Assembly (NCBI GenBank): GCA_043756865.1
Contig: JAYUQG010000030.1
Span: 30,703 to 94,702, forward strand
Reading direction: 5' to 3'
Source: a bacterium
GTDB taxonomy: Bacteria > Patescibacteriota > Minisyncoccia > Phycocordibacterales > UBA6899
DNA: 64,000 nt
The first letter of the stretch is position 1. Every line of letters begins with the position of its first letter. Positions 48,739 through 57,422 of the stretch are shown one piece after another. The notes beneath the pieces are model-generated. The model was not told the DNA's origin, did not search any database, and worked only from the letters and a program-made list of their open reading frames with translations. The translations under genes and the position numbers were made by a program.

Positions 48739-48936
48739 ATGATCCTTACTCTCGCGATTGTCATTCGTGCCACTGACAGCTATCACGTCAACTACATCTG
48801 CCACACGCAGGTGAGCGAAGTTCCCAATGAGCCCAACCGGCGCGCATCGATCATCGCTCAGACCATGACTAAATTCATCAGTGACAACATCGGTAACGGC
48901 GATACGCTCATCTCTGCGACCCCGCTTCTCAGCTAA
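48739..48936 (+). CDS. Cassette ORF 1, hypothetical (65 aa)
   Basis: TTGACA-16-TAGGCT, SD GGAG, terminator AAGCCCA-TGT-TGGGCTT directly before repeat R1. Confidence 0.65.
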   Translation: MILTLAIVIRATDSYHVNYICHTQVSEVPNEPNRRASIIAQTMTKFISDNIGNGDTLISATPLLS

Positions 48937-49102
48937 AAGCCCATGTTGGGCTTTTTTTATGCAAAACTATTCGCCTATTCACCACATCACCACAGAGAGT
49001 ACTTCCATCTCTAACTCGCTTTGCTCGAAGGGGCTTAGATAGCTAGAGAATAGAAAAAACCCCAGCGCGGTGGCTGTGGTTTCACTCGACGAAGCCTCGG
49101 GC

Positions 49103-49459
49103 TTACAACTGAAAGAACGGGGAAAGGGACGGTGGTGTGGAAACAATGGGCTTGAACTGAATAGCGGTCCACGGATCATCCTTCTCCTTCCCATGAAGGA
49201 GCAATGTGCTCTGCGCAAAGTCGAGACGCGGGTCCTCCGGATAACCAGCGGAAACGGCAACCTCAAACCATGATGGACACATCAGTGCGTCCACAAAGGA
49301 CAACGGCTGGATGTGTGTCCTCGGACCCTTAGTCGCAATCAGACTTTTGACGCCCTCGAAGGTGAGGTTCTGTTCCACGTCGTAGGCAATGCCCCTTTCG
49401 GCCGCCAACTGTGTCAGAGACTTTTCGGTATTCGCTCCCAATACAAAGATTGCAGACAT
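49103..49459 (-). CDS. Cassette ORF 2, hypothetical
   Basis: TTGACA-16-TAAAGT, SD GAAAGG; terminator U-tract abuts R1. Confidence 0.7.
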   Translation of the reverse strand: MSAIFVLGANTEKSLTQLAAERGIAYDVEQNLTFEGVKSLIATKGPRTHIQPLSFVDALMCPSWFEVAVSAGYPEDPRLDFAQSTLLLHGKEKDDPWTAIQFKPIVSTPPSLSPFFQL

Positions 49460-49796
49460 CTGTTCCTTTCAGTTAAATGAACAAGCAAACTTTAGCATGA
49501 TTATCAATTTTGTCAATATTTTATACCCTCCTTTAGTTTCTCGCTCCAAAGGACTGGTGCTTTGTAAGTGCTCTTCGCCTATTCACAAGAGAGTACTTCC
49601 AAATTCTAATATAAAAAACTATTCGTCTATTTGCCGCGAGGGTGCTGCAAAATTTTAGCACTCCGGGCACCACGGAGAGTATTTCCATTTTTATAAATGG
49701 ACTACCATTAAGAAAAATTAAGTCACTCGATGAAATTTTTGGTCGCGCGAGAATTAGGAATAGAAAAACCGGGGCATTGCCCCGGGTCGAGAAAGT

Positions 49797-50015
49797 TCAG
49801 TCGAATGCGTCGCGCAATGCCTCGGTCAGCTCCTGTAGTGACTCGTTGTCGCGGGGATGTGCGTTAGCGTGTCCCCCAACGATAAGCGAGACATCGTGGC
49901 AGGGATCGGAACCTTGGCAGATCTGTTCCTTGAGTTTGCACGAAGCTTTCGTAGAGAGGTCGATGCGGTGTTCGCGCCCCTGATCATCGACGACAACGAT
50001 TCTGAGTGTCGACAT
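49797..50015 (-). CDS. Cassette ORF 3, hypothetical
   Basis: TTGACA-17-TAGATT with the -35 next to R4, SD GGAG; terminator abuts R3. Confidence 0.7.
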   Translation of the reverse strand: MSTLRIVVVDDQGREHRIDLSTKASCKLKEQICQGSDPCHDVSLIVGGHANAHPRDNESLQELTEALRDAFD

Positions 50016-50187
50016 AGTTAACTCCATTCATTGGGGCAAAACGCCCCGAGTGAATCTAACCTGCTACTTCTTTTTTGTCAAAAATATTCGCCTATTTGCC
50101 AGTTACATCCTTATTCGCCTATTCACCACACAGAGTACTTCCAATCCCTAACTCGCTTTGCTCGAAGGGATTTAGGTCGCGCGCGAA

Positions 50188-50448
50188 TTAGAGAATAGAC
50201 AACATGTGCCTTGCGACAGGGTGTGCTGTTTTTGAGAGGCGATAATGAATCGTGAGGCTCCGCTGGTCTTTCTCAAGCATACCGACTGCGTACAAGATAC
50301 CGAGATGTTTGGAGGTGGCCTTGAAGGAAAGCTTAATTTCCTCCGCAATATCCCCTACTGTCGCCTCACGTGACTTCTTTAAGTATTTGAGAATTGCGAG
50401 GCGGCGCGCGTTCGCTAGCGCTTTCATCTGCTTTTCGATGTCTTTCAT
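50188..50448 (-). CDS. ArsR/SmtB-family transcriptional regulator
   Basis: KALAN.RRL.IL..L, V.DIA..I.LS..ATSKHL..L; stop codon lies inside repeat R5. Confidence 0.88.
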   Translation of the reverse strand: MKDIEKQMKALANARRLAILKYLKKSREATVGDIAEEIKLSFKATSKHLGILYAVGMLEKDQRSLTIHYRLSKTAHPVARHMLSIL

Positions 50449-50640
50449 TTCCCGATAATATCATCTCCAAAACTATTCGCCTATTCGCGCGAATTAGAGA
50501 ATAGAAAGTGGAGGGTATTGAGGCTTGTCTTGATTCAAATCAATACTCTCCCTCCCACTCACATCACCATTGACAAATTAATTTGTTATGGTATTTTTTT
50601 CACAGACAACCTGTTTCACTCGACCGCAAGGACCAGCAGT

Positions 50641-50961
50641 ATGAGCAACATCTCTCTTTCCCCCATCGACTTTATCGCTGCTTCATTCGCAGCAGGCAAA
50701 GAACCGGATCTCTACAACTGCGGCTGGAGTACTGAGGCGGTGTTCGAAACACTGCAGTCAGCAAAACAGATGGGCAAACCCTGGGCTGAACTCATGGCAA
50801 AGCGAATCACCGAGCTCTCAGGTGGCACCGTCCAAGTGACGATCGCCGACGGTCGCGGGCCGTACAAAAGCCCCAGCTTGGTACTCCAAGCCGTATATCC
50901 CGACAGCACCCGCATGATTGTGATCGGCGCAGGCATGAATGCCGTCCGCTTCCTCGATTGA
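50641..50961 (+). CDS. Cassette ORF, hypothetical
   Basis: TTGACA promoter, SD AAGGA, terminator CCCCGC-TCCG-GCGGGG before R7. Confidence 0.7.
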   Translation: MSNISLSPIDFIAASFAAGKEPDLYNCGWSTEAVFETLQSAKQMGKPWAELMAKRITELSGGTVQVTIADGRGPYKSPSLVLQAVYPDSTRMIVIGAGMNAVRFLD

Positions 50962-51130
50962 CTGCACACGAACCTACCACACCCCGCTCCGGCGGGGTTT
51001 GTTTTTTATCTGAGAAACAACAAAACTATTCGCCTATTCACCACACAGAGTACTTCCAATCCCTAACTCGCTTTGCTCGAAGGGATTTAGGTCGCGCGCG
51101 AATTAGAGAATAATAGAAAATACGAGGAAA

Positions 51131-51178
51131 TTAATTATTCATTATAATACGCCATGGCGTATTATAATGAATAATTAA
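51131..51178. repeat. Perfect 48-bp palindrome P1
   Basis: TTAATTATTCATTATAATACGCCATGGCGTATTATAATGAATAATTAA. Confidence 0.95.
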
Positions 51179-51399
51179 ATACGTTTAAAAAAGCGGAAAA
51201 GGTTGTGGAGGGGTGGTTGGTCGGGCGCGAATTAGAGAATAGTTTGAACTATCCGCAAATTCCGGATAGTTGCCGACTTGGCAGTATGTGCATTACTTGC
51301 AAGGACTGAATTTCGAATTAATTTTGTTTGCTCAAACATATGATACTGCAACCCACAGGAGAACAACACGAAATGATTCCTTTTGATATACTCTTATAC

Positions 51400-51900
51400 G
51401 TGCAACCTCAGAAAAAAATACACATCTATATTGACGGCAACAACCTTTATCGAGGCGCGAAAGAGCTTGGTTTTGAAATCGACTACAAAAAATTTCGTAA
51501 TTGGCTCCGACAAAAATATAACGCAACAAATGTATATCTGTTCATCGGCCTCGTTCCCGATCGTGTAAAGTTTTACGAGCATCTACAAGAATGCGGTTTT
51601 ATTCTTGTGTTCAAGCAAACAATATCTGTCGAAGGGCGCATAAAAGGAAATTGCGACGCTGAACTTGTCTTGAAAGCAGTGTCAGATTTTTACACCAAAA
51701 CTTTTGACAAATGTATTCTCGTAACAGGAGACGGCGACTTCGGGTGCTTGGTTGAATTCTTGGCGCGCGAAAAGTCGCTTTTGGGTATTATTGCTCCTGA
51801 CAAGAAAAAATGTTCAATCTTGCTGAGAAATAAGAACGTTGAAATCACCTTTCTCAATGACCTTTATCACAAGTTTTCCACAAAAACTGATAAAGCATAA
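51400..51900 (+). CDS. NYN-domain (LabA/DUF88, PIN-fold) protein; start uncertain
   Basis: YIDGNNL, KGNCDAELV, LVTGDGDF..LV. Confidence 0.88.
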   Translation: MQPQKKIHIYIDGNNLYRGAKELGFEIDYKKFRNWLRQKYNATNVYLFIGLVPDRVKFYEHLQECGFILVFKQTISVEGRIKGNCDAELVLKAVSDFYTKTFDKCILVTGDGDFGCLVEFLAREKSLLGIIAPDKKKCSILLRNKNVEITFLNDLYHKFSTKTDKA

Positions 51901-52360
51901 AAAGAAAAAGCCCCCAATGCATACGTATATGCACCAGGGTCTCTTTCATGGTTATGGGCAAATTATATCAATATTTAGCCATAACGCAAGGATCCAAAAA
52001 TCAACCAAAGTTAGGCAAAAGTATGCCATTAAATCATATCAATACCACTGTGCATTTTTTGCACATTCCTAGTTCCATTAGGACTTTTCGCCTATTCCAC
52101 CACACAGAGTACTTCCAATCCCTAACTCGCTTTACTCAAAGGGATTTAGGTCGCGCGAATTAGAGAATAGAAATGGGGGGAAGAATTTGACTACTGATTT
52201 ACTAATAAAATCGTGACTCGATTTTCGTTTTCATAACAATTCTGCATGGAAGGGCTCCATGAAATTTTGTGTCTCACCATATTAAAAAATATTAGGTATT
52301 GACAAATACAAATTTGTTTGTTATTATATATTTGTTCTTTTCTTCAAACGGAGACTCGCA

Positions 52361-52756
52361 ATGAGCTACAACGGCTACACGGTTCCCACGTACACCATAG
52401 TCACCGCCAACTTCGCAATCATGCCGGCTGACCTCCCGACCAAATTCGAGCACCTCTGGGAGGCCTTCGACGAAAGCGAGACGGAAGTCTCGGCAGCCTA
52501 CATCTTGCGCTACTGCCAAGTACAAGGCAGCTGGGCACCGTTCTCGTTCGAGCAGATCAACGCCTTCTATCAGCGGAAGCCGAAGCGTGGCAACTTCACG
52601 TTCAACCGACTGATCGAACCGGGCATGCACTACGGAATGCCCGGCGAACGTCACCTGACTGGCGGTGGCTGGATCGTGAAGAACGAGTCCGACGGCCTGT
52701 ACTACATCACAGACGACTTCATCAGCTGCGTGCATCGTTCCCTGACGAAGCGCTAG
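52361..52756 (+). CDS. Cassette ORF, hypothetical
   Basis: TTGACA-17-TATTAT, SD GGAG, terminator CCGTGCA-TCCG-TGCACGG before R10. Confidence 0.72.
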   Translation: MSYNGYTVPTYTIVTANFAIMPADLPTKFEHLWEAFDESETEVSAAYILRYCQVQGSWAPFSFEQINAFYQRKPKRGNFTFNRLIEPGMHYGMPGERHLTGGGWIVKNESDGLYYITDDFISCVHRSLTKR

Positions 52757-52890
52757 CGCATCACTTTCCCCATCCCGTGCATCCGTGCACGGGGTTTGTT
52801 TTTTATCAAAGATCAAACAAAACCATTCGCCTATTCGCGCGAATTAGAGAATAGATAAGTGGGGAGAAATAGAGAGTAGAGAATGGAAAA

Positions 52891-53823
52891 CTAGTTCTTG
52901 GTGTAGGTGAAGGTGTGGGGGGAGGTGCCGTGGAGGGTGATTTTGTTTTCGTGGCGCAGGAGGGTGAGGAGGCGGGTGGCGGTAGTGCTCGGAAAATCAA
53001 GGTCTTCCATGACGTCTTTGTGGGTGATTGAAGACTTCGTGTCGAACAGGCTCATGATGAGGTCGGTCTTTAGCGCCATGATCTCATCGCGCTTTGCTGT
53101 CCCCTGTTTGCTCATGTCGATAAGGAAATCGTGTTTGATAGCCTCGACCTCATCATCTGTGGGTGGCGGGCAGACCTGCGAGGCTGGCTCTCGGTCGCGA
53201 TAGACTATTTTTTCCACTTCTACGATTTTTTCTACCACTCGTTCAACAACACGTTCTATTACCTGTGCCTCTGGTGTTGATGGAGTAGAACTGTGCATGG
53301 AACCATTCGCGCGAATAGGAGAATAGTTTGAGGTATCCGGGGCTTGAGTTGGTGGGGTGGAACTATTCGCCAATTCGCGCGAATTAGAGAATAGATTTGG
53401 GGAGGGTGGGGTGGGACTAGGGCTGGAACCATTCACCACAGGAGTACTTCCATTTTCATCTCCCTCCGGTCGTGAAAATTTGGTCGCGCTCTCATTAGGG
53501 AATAGATCGGAGGGGTCGATGATGGGAAGGTTGGAGACGGAGGTGGGTTCAGTTACCACAGGTATCGCCCCTGTTGCATCTAGCACGGGCAGTTGTGAAA
53601 CGGTGGACTCCCCCACGCCTTCCTGACTTACATGGCTTTCAGGAGTTGCATGACTTTCAGGAGTGGCATGACTCTCCAGACTCCCAGCTGGTGCCACAGG
53701 CACCACCTCAATCTCAATGGGTATCACCTCGATTGTCTCGGGTGTCATGGGCGTGTCGAGTGTCGCAAGCGTCGCAGTTGTCGCTGGCGGTACCCCATTA
53801 GCATTGGTATTGGTCTCATCCAT
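52891..53823 (-). CDS. Winged-helix DNA-binding protein with a long Pro/Thr/Ser/Glu-rich N-terminal region
   Basis: C-terminal IMSLF....ITHKDV...L.....TATRLL..L....KI...G; contains R11-R13 in-frame and an ESHATP tandem repeat. Confidence 0.72.
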   Translation of the reverse strand: MDETNTNANGVPPATTATLATLDTPMTPETIEVIPIEIEVVPVAPAGSLESHATPESHATPESHVSQEGVGESTVSQLPVLDATGAIPVVTEPTSVSNLPIIDPSDLFPNESATKFSRPEGDENGSTPVVNGSSPSPTPPSPNLFSNSRELANSSTPPTQAPDTSNYSPIRANGSMHSSTPSTPEAQVIERVVERVVEKIVEVEKIVYRDREPASQVCPPPTDDEVEAIKHDFLIDMSKQGTAKRDEIMALKTDLIMSLFDTKSSITHKDVMEDLDFPSTTATRLLTLLRHENKITLHGTSPHTFTYTKN

Positions 53824-53921
53824 AACGACATTGTATCAAAAAAAATTCGTTGTAACCCCACATAAAACTATTCGCCTATTCGCGCGAATTAGAGAATAGA
53901 AAGGTGGTAAAAAAACGAGGG

Positions 53922-53975
53922 AAATTAATTATTCATTATAATACGCCATGGCGTATTATAATGAATAATTAATTT
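53922..53975. repeat. Perfect 54-bp palindrome P2 (same core as P1)
   Basis: AAATTAATTATTCATTATAATACGCCATGGCGTATTATAATGAATAATTAATTT. Confidence 0.95.
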
Positions 53976-54098
53976 AACTACTTTTGTGAGGGTATGTGCG
54001 GTAAATCCAACAAATAACAAAGATTATATCAAAAAAAATCACCACACTTTTCTGCAAAAAACTGTACTTATCCCCGATTCTTATCCCCGAATCCGGTT

Positions 54099-54953
54099 TT
54101 ATTCTTCTTTTCGAACCACTTGATCAAGGGTTTTGCCATCAGATTCCCTTTTCCACTCAGTCCATCCATTTGCATTCCTACCGAGTACATTCTGTGCTGC
54201 GCCTGAGGGACTACTGAATACATAGTCACTCACAAATACATAAGACTCAGGTCCGTCGTCGCGCAACACGCCGTCTTCCATGAGTATTGGACGTAGTTTG
54301 AGATAGCGCTCCTTGGCGCTATCAACAATTTCTTTTCTTGCTCTTGAGCCCGCACGCACAACCATTCCTTCACTGGTGTAGAGTCCCCTCGCCTCTGCTC
54401 CAGGGCCACGGCAAATATATATTTCTTCAGGATTCTTCTCAAAATCTGTAACCTTTTTTAGAAACGTCCATCCGATCGTTGCTAGGATAAGTTTTATGTA
54501 TTCCGCGAAAGTCTCCACGTCTGCACGATCCGACTCGTTCAGCCTTGTTTGACTAGGCTCATTGCCATTTTCAAGACGGACGCGGTTTGCTTCCTTTGTT
54601 TCTCTAATGAGTAGCTCTTCGAGATATTTTGCGTGCGCTTTATTTAGAGAGCCCTGTGTGGAGACAAAACACACTGCGGTACCCCAAAAGTCTTTATTTT
54701 TGTTGTGGCTCCTGATCCGTTCTTTTACGTTCTCACTTTCACCGATATACAGTGAGCCGGTTTCCTGCCCTATATCATTTTCAAGTAGAAAGTAGACTCC
54801 TTGTGCATCTAAGTCAACACGTTGCATCGCCAAATCGATACTATCGCGAGGAATGACGATGGCACGCCCTGTCCAGTTCATGGTTTCAATAGTACGCAGC
54901 CCTGTAGGATTCCCCTCCGCGAGAAAAACCTTGATAGTTGGTCGTGTCTCCAT
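54099..54953 (-). CDS. GIY-YIG nuclease with DUF4357-like C-terminal domain
   Basis: GVYFL..LYIGE..N...RI..H, YLE; C-terminal FSSPSGAA..VLGRNANGWTEWK. Confidence 0.85.
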   Translation of the reverse strand: METRPTIKVFLAEGNPTGLRTIETMNWTGRAIVIPRDSIDLAMQRVDLDAQGVYFLLENDIGQETGSLYIGESENVKERIRSHNKNKDFWGTAVCFVSTQGSLNKAHAKYLEELLIRETKEANRVRLENGNEPSQTRLNESDRADVETFAEYIKLILATIGWTFLKKVTDFEKNPEEIYICRGPGAEARGLYTSEGMVVRAGSRARKEIVDSAKERYLKLRPILMEDGVLRDDGPESYVFVSDYVFSSPSGAAQNVLGRNANGWTEWKRESDGKTLDQVVRKEE

Positions 54954-55043
54954 CTCTCGATTAGATCACGCGTGGATATTTGACACAAGTCTAATTTCCC
55001 ATGAAATGCTTCAATTCCCTATTTTTTCTACACTTTGATTGAA

Positions 55044-57422
55044 TTACGACGGGGTTTTGTCGTACAGGTATGGCTGGAAGTCTACGAATGCTCGGCTGAT
55101 CTCTTCAGGATCACCGAGATCGGCTACGGCATCAGAAATTGAATTGTTGTATTTGAGACGAAGCAACGGATTAAGCTGTTCTTGACTAAGCTCCTCCACA
55201 CCCACAGTCACATAGTGAGAAAGCACGAAATCAAGAAATGCTTGCTGCTGTGTCTTTAAGTGCGATGTGATGTGCAATCTTGCCTTCGCCGCACGTTCTT
55301 CTCGCGTCATTGGTGGGATTGCATATGCCACGTTAGCAAGCACATCAAAGATGTCACTCTTCTCTGCCTCAATAATCTTTTGCATCTCGGCAAGTTGGTC
55401 ACGACCAAATCCCTTCTCGGCTAGTCCTGCCAAGAGTTTCGCTCGGGTATCCGGTGCACTCCAAATAGTGCGGAGTTCATCTTCGTTCTTGAAGAAATCA
55501 GGTAGCTTACCAAATAGCATTTCCATGAACTGTTGTGCAGACATGGGCTTGCCGTCCGGATGCCAGAACGTTGTCATCATCATGTGTTGAATAGCGCGCT
55601 CTTTCCCGTCGGCAAGTTTCACCTTGATCTTCGACTTCTTGTTGCACACACACGGATCTTGTCCGCACACTGGGCATGCTTCCTTCGGGCATTCACAAGG
55701 AGTTTTGCCACACTTAGTACATGGTTTGGGCGGAGGAACTTTACACACGCATGGTTTCTGCCCGCACTTCTTGCATTGCTCGTCTTCCTCTGGAGGACCA
55801 TCCCATGCAGGGTCGTTGAAATGATGGTATGCCTTCACAAAGTCGTAGATGGTGAAATAATCCTTGCCGTCAAAGAGACGTGTGCCACGTCCAATGATCT
55901 GCTTGAACTCGATCATAGAATTAATGGGGCGCATCAGCACGATGTTGCGAATGTTTCGTGCATCAACACCAGTCGAAAGTTTTTGCGAAGTGGTGAGAAT
56001 GGTGGGAATGGACATTTCATTGTCCTGAAAATCGCGCAAGTGCTGGTCGCCAATTGCTCCATCATTGGCAGTAACACGCTGACAATAATTCGGGTCAGTA
56101 CTTGTCTTCACCTGATTGATGAAGTCGCGAACCAAAAGTGCGTGTGCTTGGTTTGCACAAAATACGAGCGTCTTCTCGTTCTGGTTGATTTGGTTCATGA
56201 ATACCTTCACGCGATGCATTTCACGCTCACGAATCACAATGAGTCTATTAAACTCTGCTTCCTCGTAGCGTTTCCCTGCTTCAATATCTCCCTCCACAAC
56301 TGTGTCATCGGGCGTATAGACGTACTCATCCATCGTCGTTGAGATCTGCTTCACTTTGAATGGGGTGAGAAATCCATCATTGATCCCCTCCTTTAGTGAG
56401 TATACATAGACTGGCTCACCAAAATAGGCATACGTGTCTACGTTGTCTTTGCGCTTTGGTGTTGCAGTGAGTCCGAGCTGCACAGCGGGCTCAAAATACT
56501 CAAGAATTGCACGCCAATTGCTCTCGTCCTTCGCGCCACCACGATGACATTCGTCGATGATGATGAAATCAAAGAAATCCTTGGGGTATTCACCAAAGTA
56601 TGGAGTATCCCCCGGACCACTCAAGAAGGTCTGAAATATGGTAAAGAAGATGCTCCCGTTTGTCGGCACTCTCCCCTTTTGTCGTATTGAGCTGGGGTCA
56701 ATGCGCACGAGTGCATCTTCGGGAAAAGCAGAGAAAGCGTTATATGCCTGATTGGCGAGAATGTTTCTGTCTGCAAGAAAAAGAATGCGGGACTGACGCG
56801 TTGCTTCACGACTCAGATTCCATCGACTCTTAAACAACTTCCATGCAATCTGGAAAGCAATGAAGGTCTTCCCTGTTCCTGTCGCAAGCGTGAGCAACAC
56901 GCGCTGCTTGCTGTCCGCTATGGCATCTAAGGTCTTCTCGACAGCAATATCTTGATAGTAGCGGGCGGGATGACTGCCACCTTTGTCTTCAAACGGAATG
57001 GCGGCAAATTGGTCTCTCCATGTATTTTGCTCAGAGAAGGTCTGATTCCAGAGCTCTTCAGGGGTTGGATATTGTGCAATTTCTCCCTCTGTGACCTCTC
57101 CCGCCATATCAATCGCATAGATACCCTTTCCGTTCGTTGCATAGGTATACCGAATGGCCATCTTTTCTGCGTAGCTCTTTGCTTGCCCTACTCCCTCGGT
57201 CAGTTCTTCGTCCCACGCCTTGGCCTCCACGACCGCGAGCTTATGATTGCGATAGACCAAAACATAATCAGCGATTTGTGGTTTTGCTCGACGACCTTGT
57301 CCTTCAAGGCGACCCTGTGTGATGTGATACTCGCGCAAGATACGACTGCCATCAACAACACCCCAGCCTGCCGCCTTCAGTGCTGGATCAATGTGCTCTG
57401 CTCGTGTTTCTGCTTCATTCAT
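55044..57422 (-). CDS. hsdR: Type I restriction endonuclease subunit R (EcoAI/EcoEI-like)
   Basis: NEAETR..ID, ADY..VEAK, ATGTGKT, DECHR, GLTATP, QIIGRGTR. Confidence 0.93.
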   Translation of the reverse strand: MNEAETRAEHIDPALKAAGWGVVDGSRILREYHITQGRLEGQGRRAKPQIADYVLVYRNHKLAVVEAKAWDEELTEGVGQAKSYAEKMAIRYTYATNGKGIYAIDMAGEVTEGEIAQYPTPEELWNQTFSEQNTWRDQFAAIPFEDKGGSHPARYYQDIAVEKTLDAIADSKQRVLLTLATGTGKTFIAFQIAWKLFKSRWNLSREATRQSRILFLADRNILANQAYNAFSAFPEDALVRIDPSSIRQKGRVPTNGSIFFTIFQTFLSGPGDTPYFGEYPKDFFDFIIIDECHRGGAKDESNWRAILEYFEPAVQLGLTATPKRKDNVDTYAYFGEPVYVYSLKEGINDGFLTPFKVKQISTTMDEYVYTPDDTVVEGDIEAGKRYEEAEFNRLIVIREREMHRVKVFMNQINQNEKTLVFCANQAHALLVRDFINQVKTSTDPNYCQRVTANDGAIGDQHLRDFQDNEMSIPTILTTSQKLSTGVDARNIRNIVLMRPINSMIEFKQIIGRGTRLFDGKDYFTIYDFVKAYHHFNDPAWDGPPEEDEQCKKCGQKPCVCKVPPPKPCTKCGKTPCECPKEACPVCGQDPCVCNKKSKIKVKLADGKERAIQHMMMTTFWHPDGKPMSAQQFMEMLFGKLPDFFKNEDELRTIWSAPDTRAKLLAGLAEKGFGRDQLAEMQKIIEAEKSDIFDVLANVAYAIPPMTREERAAKARLHITSHLKTQQQAFLDFVLSHYVTVGVEELSQEQLNPLLRLKYNNSISDAVADLGDPEEISRAFVDFQPYLYDKTPS

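Larger units (their letters stand above)
48966..53899 (+). repeat. Array of co-oriented imperfect palindromic repeats R1-R14
   Basis: Copies at 48966-49053, 49574-49600 (partial), 49618-49763, 50084-50100 (partial), 50111-50198, 50472-50504, 51025-51112, 51217-51242 (right half), 52083-52170, 52822-52854, 53302-53326, 53362-53394, 53428-53505, 53867-53899; short form ACTATTCGCCTATTCGCGCGAATTAGAGAATAG. Confidence 0.93.

Noticed and set aside
48966-53899. CRISPR array interpretation of the 33-bp repeat
   Set aside because: Spacing is irregular (tens to about 850 bp), the intervals contain whole genes, repeat length varies, and no cas genes are in the window
48966-53899. Canonical integron/attC, or TIGR array
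   Set aside because: No RYYYAAC...GTTRRRY boxes and no intI; no regular ~36-nt periodicity or Nop-domain gene
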